A stretch of DNA of 34,435 nucleotides from an uncultured Clostridia bacterium. GTDB lineage: Bacteria; Bacillota; Clostridia; Lachnospirales; Lachnospiraceae. The stretch is taken from assembly GCA_946186175.1 (NCBI GenBank), contig CAMHMG010000001.1, positions 1-34,435 of the forward strand. The letters run 5' to 3'. Made by a program: the position numbers and the translations under genes. Shown in pieces: positions 13,743-21,589 of the stretch. Below the pieces are notes generated by a model, which was not told the origin of the DNA, ran no database searches, and saw only the letters and a program-made list of their open reading frames with translations. Numbering within the stretch: the stretch's first letter is position 1; every line of letters starts with the position of its first letter.

Positions 13743-16103
13743 TTGAGCACAGATTACGAGGAGAAAATGTCAATGGAACGGCTTGATTTCTGCACCGTCT
13801 TACAGATCATTAAAGACTATTGCAATGAAGAACTGTATGGAACACAGCTTAAACTTGTTGAGAAATTGTTCCACACCTGCGTCTATGGTGAAGATGATGA
13901 TGTTATATACTTTGACGATTCACAAGTGTGCCGATGGTTAAAGGGACAGGTCTGTGTCAGCAGGACAATTACATCCTATTATCTGAAATCAGAAGAACAC
14001 AAAGAACAGTTTGCAAAAGATATTGATGAAAGAATAATCTCTATCATGTATGACAAAGAAATGGCGCTGATAAAACTGCGAGAGCTTCTGTTAAATGATA
14101 CTTCAATATCCGATTCAAAAAAACAGGAGCTTGATTCTTATTACAGTACGGATTCCGATAAAGACATGGCAGCATTTATATCCATTCTCCTTCTGTTTGC
14201 AATGGAACGAAAATTCATACAGCATGATACGGAGAAGAAACTCATAACCTCGGGCGGACTGTCTCCGGTAATATCTGATTACATATTTGAAAATGATCCT
14301 CCAAGTCCATGCAGATATTTCTGCGGACGGGATAACTAGCTTAAAGAACTTCACGAATTACTTACGGATAAAAAGATAATATTTCTGTCAGGAATTGCAG
14401 GAATAGGGAAAAGCGAGCTGGCAAAGGCATACGCCAAAAAATATAAAAAGGGATACACCAACATTTTATATATTACATACAGCGGAAATCTGACAGAGGA
14501 TATTGCAGAACTTGATTTTGCTGATGACCTTCCAAATGATAATGACAGAGAACGTCTCAGAAAACATAACCGCTTCCTGCGTTCATTAAAAGACGACAGC
14601 CTTATTATCATAGACAACTTTGACACTACCGCTGACAGCGACAGTTATCTTTCCATTATTATGAAATACAAATGTCGTATCCTTTTTACAACAAGAAGTC
14701 ATTTTGAGCATTATGACACATTTGAACTTAATGAGATTCAGGATACAAATGAACTGCTTTCTCTTGCTGACAGATTCTACAATGATTTTTCTGCTGACAG
14801 AGATACCGCACTTGAAATAATAGAAACAGTACATCACCACACCTTTGCAGTGGAACTTGCTGCAAGACTATTACAAAAAGGGATATTAACGCAAAAAGAG
14901 CTTTTGAATAAGCTCAAAGAGGAAAATGTCAGACTGTCTTCCGGTGATATGCTCGGAATAAAAAAGGACGGTATATTACGAAAGGATTCCTACTACGGAC
15001 ACATAAGCACTCTTTTTTCTTTATCTGTTCTTGATGAACAGGAAAAATATATAATGCGTTGTATGTGCCTTATACCTCTTGCCGGAATACACGAACTTCT
15101 TTTTGCGGAATGGACAAAGCAGATTGATATGAATACCATAAATACTCTGATAGAACTCGGGCTCATCAAAGAGCAGCCCTTCCGCAAGATCTGCCTCCAT
15201 CCTCTGATACAAGAGATAACGGTTGCCGATCTTAAACCTTCTGTCACCAACTGTAAAGGAATGCTTGAACATATCCATGACAAAATATTCATAATGCATG
15301 GGCTTGATGTACCTTATGCCTATTCTCTTTTTGAAGTTGTTGATAACGTCATAGATATAACCGACAAAGATGATGCTACCTCTTATATTATTTTCATCAG
15401 GGACGCTTTTCCTTATATGGAATCATATAAGTATAAAAGCGGAATGTATAAGATCATCAATGAACTGGATTTCCTTTCTAATGATAAAGAATACAGTCAC
15501 TTAATAGCACCTTCTCTTTTATATGGATACAAGGTCGCAGTAAAGCAGTATTTTGAAAATGACACAGATGGTGCATATAACTATTCAAAAAAGGCGATAC
15601 AAACATTGCCCGACTTAAACAAAGACACTGCCCTGCTATATTCAAATACTTATTGCAATCACGGAGAGCTGGAACATTTAAAGGGCAACTATGATAAAGC
15701 CATGCAATGTGTTGAAAAAGCCCTGTTGATTCTTGATGATTACAATCTGGATTATACAAATTCTCTTATAGTTCAGGCAATCACCTATGCAGTGCTATTA
15801 TCCGACAATGGTGAAAAAACTAAGGCATTGAACATACCTAACAAATGCAAGAAAACAGTGAAAAGGCATAACAGTGAGATATGTCACGACTTTGCCGAAA
15901 TAGAAGAAACAACTGCTTATATATATATTTCTATGGGTGATACCAAAAAAGCCAGAGTACATTATAAAAAGGCAATAAGCATATATAATATAATCTGGGA
16001 GGAACACCCCGAACTTGTAGAAGAAAAAATAAACAGATTAAAACAGCTGATTGTTTCGCAAGTCCCTAACCCTTCACATTTTATTGATGCAATAATTAAA
16101 TAA
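13743..16103 (+). pseudogene. STAND NTPase (unknown ~190-aa N-domain + NB-ARC-like P-loop + TPR array) interrupted by one in-frame TAG at 14337-14339
   Basis: Track ORFs 13743..14339 and 14661..16103 are in the same frame, and no other stop lies between them. The untracked stretch 14340-14660 encodes LKELHELLTDKKIIFLSGIAGIGKSELAKAY (Walker A), LIIIDNFD (Walker B) and ILFTTRS. LHPLIQEI is MHD-like, and the C-terminus is TPR-like. The likely start is the ATG at 13773 (GAGGAG 9 nt upstream). Confidence 0.75.
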
Positions 16104-16110
16104 TTTTGAA

Positions 16111-16149
16111 ATAACCCAAGTCATAATTTGTGAATTGGGTTATTTTTTA
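16111..16149 (+). terminator. Rho-independent terminator after the STAND gene
   Basis: The sequence reads ATAACCCAA-gtcataatttgtgaa-TTGGGTTAT followed by TTTTTTAT. Confidence 0.75.
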
Positions 16150-16358
16150 TTGTCTTTTTATCTGTCTATCAAATTTTAAATCTAATAATTTACCAAAATG
16201 ATTATTCTCTTTTTTCATTTTCAAAATTCTGCAATTTAATCTCAATCTACTATCAATGTGTTTTATTCCTTCATTTGATAAGTTGTATATGTGATCAGTC
16301 GAACAATCACATAACCCACCGATACATTACAAAAAATTTTATTAAGGAGATGATGATT

Positions 16359-16733
16359 ATGCCAAGAAGTAAAAAAACTATTGATGAACGTATCGACATC
16401 AAAGATGACGAAATCCAAAAGCTGTTAGAAAGAGCCAATCAGTTGAAAGCTCAAAAAAGACAGCTTGAGCAGAGAAAGAAAGCCGAAGAACGGAAAGCAA
16501 GAACTCACAGTCTGATTGTCATCGGCGGTGTTGTTGCTTCTGTTCTTAACAGAGATTTTGTAGATGGCGATGATATGCGTCTGATGAACTTCCTAAAGCA
16601 GCAGGAACGCAACGGGAATTATTTTTCCAAGGCTATGAACAAAGGTACGCCGGATACGGCGAAGAAAGAAACTGCAGGCGATATTAAAAGCAGTGATGTG
16701 CCAAGCGAGCAGACCGGTAATGACGGGGAGTGA
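16359..16733 (+). CDS. DUF3847-family protein (mobilisation-module accessory protein of Clostridial ICE/IMEs)
   Basis: AAGGAG lies 9 nt before the ATG at 16359 (MPRSKKTIDE). A coiled-coil KAQKRQLEQRKKAEERKARTHSLIVIGG follows, then LMNFLKQQERNGNYF. From memory, RKARTHRLI is characteristic of the family. The track's longer 16275 start has no RBS. Confidence 0.7.
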   Translation: MPRSKKTIDERIDIKDDEIQKLLERANQLKAQKRQLEQRKKAEERKARTHSLIVIGGVVASVLNRDFVDGDDMRLMNFLKQQERNGNYFSKAMNKGTPDTAKKETAGDIKSSDVPSEQTGNDGE

Positions 16734-17451
16734 TTTTATCATTCCCTTCACAAAGGGAAGGCGCACTTATATATGGGCGGAGCCCATATATACCACTCCG
16801 CTTCGCTCCGTTAGTGCGCTCTTCGAGGAGCGGAACAACAGTCGCTCCGTAGGCGGTCGTGCCGTCATAGGTGCCGCCCTCTGCGGCGAGGGTAAGCGTT
16901 GCAGGCGTTGTATCATAGCTGTCCGGACAACCCTCCGCGCAGGTCGCCGTGATGGTATCGCCCGCATCATTTACGGAATATGTAAAACTGTGGGTGTGAG
17001 GAGTTCCGTAATATACGACAATCGTACTGATAGTAGCATAATTATTACCATCGATGCCGATTATATTAACCGATGTTGCATTGATATCGGTTACTGTCAT
17101 CCTACTACCGTCAAAACTTACTGTACCTGCTGATGCGCTAAGAGCGGAAGATCCCCATCTGGTTGGGTTATATTTTTTTGCATCGGTGAGCACTATCCTT
17201 GTAATGGGGTCATCGCTTGAAGATATGGACACACTCTTACTACTATTGACAAAAAAGGCGCTATAATTGTAAGAACCCGCCGAAACGGTTACCCCGTTTT
17301 GTGTCCCCGTCGCTGTGAAGGTTTCACTTTGCTCAGCTGCATACGCCGTCAGGCTCATGCCGGGAACAATACCTGTCATGGTGCTAAACACCATAACAAG
17401 TGCCAGCAGACAGCTTATCACCTTTCTTCCTGATTTCTTTTTTTGTTTCAT
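16684..17451 (-). pseudogene. 5' remnant of a secreted surface protein gene (signal peptide + about 200 aa), truncated at about 16840
   Basis: The signal peptide is MKQKKKSGRKVISCLLALVMVFSTMTGIVPGMSLTAYA. The sequence is sensible up to ...ATLTLAAEGGTYDGTTAYGATV. After that comes an implausible tail (PLLEERTNGAKRSGIYGLRPYISAPSLCEG...) that runs through the palindrome and overlaps the 3' end of the DUF3847 gene. The 16801-16920 segment is about 62% G+C by hand count, in an AT-rich window. Confidence 0.55.
16768..16792. repeat. Perfect 11-bp inverted repeat TATATATGGGC-gga-GCCCATATATA at the junction of two convergent, truncated units
   Basis: Read directly from the sequence. There is no U-tract on either strand, so it is not a classical terminator. 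Confidence 0.8.
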
Positions 17452-17545
17452 AAGTTCATCACTCTCGTATTATATAGTTTTTTGCTTATCATATTCGAAA
17501 TCAGACATCCTGCTAATTACCAGATATGAAAAAATATAATATATA

Positions 17546-17600
17546 ATAAAAAGCACCCGAAAGAACTACGGTATCGTACCGTAAGCCCTTATCGGGTGCT
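17546..17600 (-). terminator. Strong Rho-independent terminator (about 22-bp interrupted hairpin + U-tract)
   Basis: The minus strand reads AGCACCCGA-U-AAGGGC-U-UACGGUA-cga-UACCGUA-GUUCUU-UCGGGUGCU followed by UUUUAUUAU. Confidence 0.8.
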
Positions 17601-17618
17601 TATTATTTATGTGCAATT

Positions 17619-17640
17619 CAAAAAGAGCGCAGAACGCCCT
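17619..17640 (-). terminator. Small Rho-independent terminator
   Basis: The minus strand reads AGGGCG-uucug-CGCUCU followed by UUUUG. Confidence 0.5.
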
Positions 17641-17715
17641 ATGTATGTATGTAGAGATTTTATTTCATACCGGTCAAGCCCCATTCAAAACATTATTTAT
17701 TATCACTTGAATATC

Positions 17716-17750
17716 ATTATAACAAACGGTTGCCACAAATCTGCCACAAA
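17716..17750 (-). promoter_or_regulatory. Promoter-like module A: TTTGTGGCA-ga-TTTGTGGCA, 9-nt spacer, TATAAT
   Basis: On the minus strand the 9-mers are at 17750-17742 and 17739-17731 (11-bp period), and the -10 TATAAT is at 17721-17716. It lies 3' of the response-regulator gene. Confidence 0.5.
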
Positions 17751-17769
17751 CAAGGGGTATTTCACAATG

Positions 17770-18546
17770 TCATAACACCGCCCATGTATATTGTCTCATA
17801 TACCCATCAAGTTCTTCCCTGCTATATTGTTTTCTTCCTTCAAGATAATCATACAGGTCACAGCTTATCTTCTCTTTATTGAGACTGTAACATCCTTTAT
17901 TGTCATTGATTATTATATCTTCAAGTCCGTAAGCACGAAATGCAGTCCTTATGTCGCTTATGATATTTCTTATATACCGGCGTTTCTTTTCCGTATCCTC
18001 TTCCTCGGACCATAGAAGATAACGAAGTTCTTCCTCGGAAACAAGAGCGCCTCTTTTATCGATCAGATATGCAAGCACCTCTTTACACTGTGACCTCTTG
18101 AAATCAATCGGTATTCCGCCGTACAACACCTCAAATTGTCCGAAACACTTTACCTTCAATTCCGATATTGGAAATCTCAGATTATCAACGGCTTTCTGCA
18201 TTTTCTTCTCATTTACGGGCTTCATAATAAACCCGCTGACATACATTTCAAGAATATCAACCGCGTACTTATCGTGTCCGGTAATAAATATTATATTGGT
18301 GCGGGGACTGATACTTTGAATACTCTTTGCAACCTCAAGTCCGTTTTTATACGGCATTTCAATATCAAGAAATGCTATCTGTATGCCTTCGGAAGTTTCA
18401 AACGCCATCTCCTGTTGAATTATTTTTATAACCTCATCCGAGTTTTGTGCAAGAAAGAATTCCGTGTTATCTCCAAGTACCTTCTTTGCTGTCCTGTGTA
18501 TATCTTTTAATATAAAAGGCTCGTCATCTGCTATAAGACATTTCAT
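17770..18546 (-). CDS. Response regulator: CheY-like receiver + SARP/OmpR-type winged-helix DNA-binding domain
   Basis: The receiver motifs are canonical: LIADDE, AFLDIEMP, IIFITGH and IMKP. The C-terminus reads CFGQFEVLYGGIPIDFKRSQCKEVLAYLIDKRGALVSEEELRYLLW. Confidence 0.85.
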   Translation of the reverse strand: MKCLIADDEPFILKDIHRTAKKVLGDNTEFFLAQNSDEVIKIIQQEMAFETSEGIQIAFLDIEMPYKNGLEVAKSIQSISPRTNIIFITGHDKYAVDILEMYVSGFIMKPVNEKKMQKAVDNLRFPISELKVKCFGQFEVLYGGIPIDFKRSQCKEVLAYLIDKRGALVSEEELRYLLWSEEEDTEKKRRYIRNIISDIRTAFRAYGLEDIIINDNKGCYSLNKEKISCDLYDYLEGRKQYSREELDGYMRQYTWAVL

Positions 18547-18554
18547 GTTATCTC

Positions 18555-19835
18555 TTATCTCCCATCATGTTTACTTCTTGTATCAGGTATCTCTAATGTA
18601 ACGACAGTTCCTTTCCCTGCTTCACTGTTTACTGTTACCTCTCCACCTAATATCCGCTCAAATCTGTCACGGACATTCTTAATTCCCACATGCTCTACTC
18701 CGTCAAATTCAACATTATCCACATCAAAGCCTTTGCCGTCGTCAATTATCTTAATAATTATGTTTCCGGCATTTTCTTCTGTAGATATGGTAATCGTACC
18801 CTTTTCACCCTTCATGCTTATTCCGTATCGGACTGCATTTTCCACGATAGTCTGCACCGACAGGGGCGGAACACTGAAATCCGTAACAGTAAAATTCCTG
18901 ACAAGCTCTATCCTTCCCGGAAATCTCATCCTTTCAAGATACAGATAATTTTCAACCGATTCCATCTCCTTATCAAATGATACAAGACGCATATCTTCAA
19001 TCTGCTTTATATTCTCCTGAAGATATCCCGAAAAATGATCTATCATTTCCACCGCTTTATCCGCATCCTCATAACAAAGGCTTCTTATGACAGCAAGATT
19101 ACTGTTGATAAAATGCGGTCTTATCTGCGCCATCAAAAGATTGCATCTGTTATGCTCTAATGCAAGACTGCTCTCATGTAACTGCTCCTGCACATCAACA
19201 TACTGGATTGCAGCCAGATAGAAATAATATGTGAATAACTCGACCGCAATGACAGCAGGCAGATAACCGTTCGGCATATAATTCAACGTAAGGAGCTGTG
19301 CAAGGAAAATGGTCAGCATCATAAAGACAACTATGATACCCTTTGAGCGGTTCCTTCCCCTTAACAGTCTGATTGAATATACAGCAATTATTATTACATA
19401 AAAATCTTCAACCACAAATGCAAGGTGATTAAGCGGTCCGCCATGATAGGAATAATTATCTTCATAAGTATATACCAGTGCACTTCCGGATAAGTCTATT
19501 ACATTTACTATCATATTGAATATCTGCGGTATCGCGATAAGGAACTTATGCTTTATATCGCAGATAGTATAAAGAAAAATAAGGGCAACCGCCGGATAAA
19601 GCGTGTATATAAGCATTGCTTTATAAAACAGCAGACGATAATCAAGGTTATGAGTATCTATCCAGACCTCCGAAAACTCAAGCAACGAGATCACAAGCGC
19701 CATAAGAGACAATATATACAGATACCCTGTCTTCTCTATCTTTGCATTCCTGTTCACCATCAATATCACAATGACAGCCGCTACAAGAAGAACTGTCGGG
19801 TAATTATTGACAGTATATTCAGTAAAAAAATTCAT
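18555..19835 (-). CDS. Sensor histidine kinase, LytS/YehU-type (multi-TM sensor + His_kinase + HATPase_c)
   Basis: There are about six N-terminal TM helices. The H-box reads AQIRPHFINSNLAVI, and the ATPase blocks read VENAVRYG and IIDDGKGF...GIKNVRDR...GKGT. Confidence 0.88.
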   Translation of the reverse strand: MNFFTEYTVNNYPTVLLVAAVIVILMVNRNAKIEKTGYLYILSLMALVISLLEFSEVWIDTHNLDYRLLFYKAMLIYTLYPAVALIFLYTICDIKHKFLIAIPQIFNMIVNVIDLSGSALVYTYEDNYSYHGGPLNHLAFVVEDFYVIIIAVYSIRLLRGRNRSKGIIVVFMMLTIFLAQLLTLNYMPNGYLPAVIAVELFTYYFYLAAIQYVDVQEQLHESSLALEHNRCNLLMAQIRPHFINSNLAVIRSLCYEDADKAVEMIDHFSGYLQENIKQIEDMRLVSFDKEMESVENYLYLERMRFPGRIELVRNFTVTDFSVPPLSVQTIVENAVRYGISMKGEKGTITISTEENAGNIIIKIIDDGKGFDVDNVEFDGVEHVGIKNVRDRFERILGGEVTVNSEAGKGTVVTLEIPDTRSKHDGR

Positions 19836-19973
19836 AGATTCATCAACTCCTGTATATCACGGAAACCAATCTATAATGTTACTTATATCTGATTTATTAT
19901 ATCATGAACTTCATAATTGCGACATCCCTGTCGCAAAAAAGCACTCGTTCATGCTATATATACTTCCATGTAT

Positions 19974-20008
19974 AATATATCACAAGTGTGTAACAAATCT
20001 GCCACAAA
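19974..20008 (-). promoter_or_regulatory. Promoter-like module B: TTTGTGGCA-ga-TTTGTTACA, 9-nt spacer, TATATT; upstream of the HK-RR operon
   Basis: On the minus strand the 9-mers are at 20008-20000 and 19997-19989, and the -10 TATATT is at 19979-19974. It lies about 140 nt before the HK ATG at 19835. Confidence 0.5.
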
Positions 20009-20010
20009 TT

Positions 20011-20066
20011 ATAAAAAGAAATAATAAGGACTTAATCATGTACTGATACAATGATCAAGTCCTTAT
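20011..20066 (-). terminator. Rho-independent terminator (16-bp stem, one mismatch) immediately upstream of module B
   Basis: The minus strand reads ATAAGGACTTGATCAT-tgtatcagtac-ATGATTAAGTCCTTAT followed by TATTTCTTTTTAT. Confidence 0.65.
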
Positions 20067-20112
20067 CCCTTGGCTAATTAGTTATCAACGAAAGGGCGAT
20101 GTCTGTACCTCC

Positions 20113-21536
20113 TGAGTTTTGAAGTGAACAAATTAAAATAATCCAGCTAACCCTTGTGGTTGCTGGTATTTTTTGTCAATATTTTGTATTTTGGTATAGC
20201 GTAGTTTAGCGAAGTGTGTTATAATATATTTATCCAGCGAGAAAAGGGTGTTATTATTGGCACAAAGAAAACGAAGAAAAACAAGGACTGTTGTTGACTC
20301 TGCTGCAAGAAATGCTGCTGTATTGTCAGATGGGTGCAATCCGGAGTTTGTTAAGGGTGCTGAGTTTGATGGGATTTTTGAAATCCCCATAATCTAGAAA
20401 CCGAAAAAATACCAAATCCCAAAACAGCTTGTTCCTTTCATATGCGCCCTATCATAAACAGGATAAAAAAGGATTTCTCAGATACCAGGATCATCTTTGT
20501 CGCAGACAGGGGACTCAACACATCAGATAACATTTACTATCTTAATGGTGATAATAAATGTGTCAATAACCAGCGTGACGGATATGTATATGGTCGGTCC
20601 GTAAGAGGTGCAGATGCCGAGTTTAAGAAATGGGTGCTTTCCGGAAAATATATCACCGAGAAGATAACTGATGATGACGGCAGTGAGGTAACATTTACGC
20701 ATAAGAGCCGCATTTATCCTAAAGAACTGCGTGTAAATGTTTCAAAGCCCGGACAGACGAAAAAGTCAAAAAAGACCGTAAAAGTCGATCAGAAGCAGAT
20801 GGTATACTACTCGGAAAAATATGCAAAGAAACAGCGTGCAGACCGTGAAGTCATGATACAGCGTGCTAAGGATCTGATAAACCATCCAAAGAAATATGAC
20901 AAAGTAACAGCTGCAGGTTCTGCCTCTTATGTCCTGGGCATTTCTTTTAGCAAAGAAACGGGAGAGATCGTTGACAAAAAGGCTCTGGCTCTTAATCAGG
21001 AAAAGATAGATGAAGAGCAGAAATATGACGGCTACTACTCAATCGTGACAAGTGAGCTTGAAATGACCGATCATGAGATGCGTGATGTTTACAGAGGGCT
21101 TGCCAGAATAGAGGATACATTTAAGATATCGAAGTCCGAGTTCGATTCAAGACCTGTTTTTGTAAGGACAAATGAACACATAGATGCGCACTTTGTAACA
21201 TGTTTTACCGCACTTGTTCTTATAAGACTTTTACAGGCAAAACTTGATAACATTTTTCCTGTAGGACGGATAATTAATGCCCTCAAAAGTTACAACTGTA
21301 TTCCGATAGATGCAAACACTTACCAGTTTACTTATTATGACGAGATACTTGAAAAGATAAGCAAAGTATTTGACATGGACCTTGATAATAAATACCGTAC
21401 ACGCCAGCAGATACAGCGTTTTCTTCGGTATTGAAAATTTTTTGAGATATTTGAAAAAAATCCCAGTACGCCATACAGACAAATCGCTGTAAACCTTTAT
21501 TTATAAGGGCTACTGCGATTTTGCTTCAAAACTTGA
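20113..21536 (+). mobile_element. Decayed IS (IS1634/IS4-type) remnant with candidate terminal inverted repeats
   Basis: A 10-nt inverted match AGTTTTGAAG occurs at 20115-20124 and 21533-21524. A short N-terminal-like ORF lies at 20257-20397 (TTG start, LAQRKRRKTRTVVD...FDGIFEIPII*), followed out of frame by the transposase C-terminal part. Boundaries are tentative. Confidence 0.4.
20442..21434 (+). pseudogene. IS1634-family (IS4-like DDE) transposase, C-terminal two-thirds only
   Basis: It carries IIFVADRGLNTSDN (second catalytic D region). It also carries KYDGYYSIVTSE...YRGLARIEDTFKISKSEFDSRPVFVRTNEHIDAHFVTCFTALVLIRLL (Y-R-E region). The N-terminal DNA-binding part and the first D region are missing. 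Confidence 0.7.
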
Positions 21537-21537
21537 G

Positions 21538-21572
21538 ATTATTACAAACAGGTGTAACAAATCTGCCACAAA
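21538..21572 (-). promoter_or_regulatory. Promoter-like module C: TTTGTGGCA-ga-TTTGTTACA, 9-nt spacer, AATAAT; now abuts the IS remnant
   Basis: On the minus strand the 9-mers are at 21572-21564 and 21561-21553, and the -10-like AATAAT is at 21543-21538. Flanks are near-identical to module A (acaaac.gg ... caagg). Confidence 0.45.
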
Positions 21573-21589
21573 CAAGGAAGGGAGAGTTG

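Larger units (their letters stand above)
11796..16792. mobile_element. Integrated serine-recombinase element (left junction about 11796; right boundary uncertain, may lie at the 16768-16792 palindrome or beyond the window)
   Basis: The recombinase gene abuts a truncated host gene. The cargo includes a DUF3847 gene, which is normally part of mobilisation modules. Composition changes abruptly at about 16790. Confidence 0.45.

Noticed and set aside
14337-14339. TAG inside the STAND gene as a recoded sense codon (for example pyrrolysine or genetic-code reassignment)
   Set aside because: TAG is used as an ordinary stop by at least two well-supported neighbouring genes (3416-3418 and 4443-4445). 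I saw no pyl genes. A nonsense mutation or sequencing error is simpler.
14351-15759. Minus-strand ORFs 14351..14626, 14586..14840, 14993..15292, 15021..15299 and 15478..15759
   Set aside because: They are antisense to the NB-ARC/TPR frame, which has clear Walker A/B and TPR motifs. They have no RBS and odd composition.
16290-16315. Inverted repeat ATGTGAT-cagtcgaaca-ATCACAT upstream of the DUF3847 gene as oriT
   Set aside because: It is only 7 bp, no relaxase gene is present and there is no recognisable nic-site consensus. The evidence is too weak to call.
16693-17266. ORFs 16693..17133 (+), 16767..16970 (-) and 17054..17266 (+)
   Set aside because: They are R/A/P-rich shadow frames typical of a GC-rich segment. 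The frame with the signal peptide (16684..17451, minus) is the real, though truncated, one.
19921-19945. Hairpin GCGACA-tccc-TGTCGC next to an A/T run, as a terminator
   Set aside because: The T-run precedes the stem on the minus strand and an A-run follows it on the plus strand. Neither orientation gives a stem followed by a U-tract. It is probably just 5'-UTR structure of the kinase operon.
20133-20390. 85-aa minus-strand ORF 20133..20390
   Set aside because: It is antisense to the short plus-strand transposase-leader-like ORF (20257-20397). It has no RBS and spans a plus-strand terminator-like hairpin.
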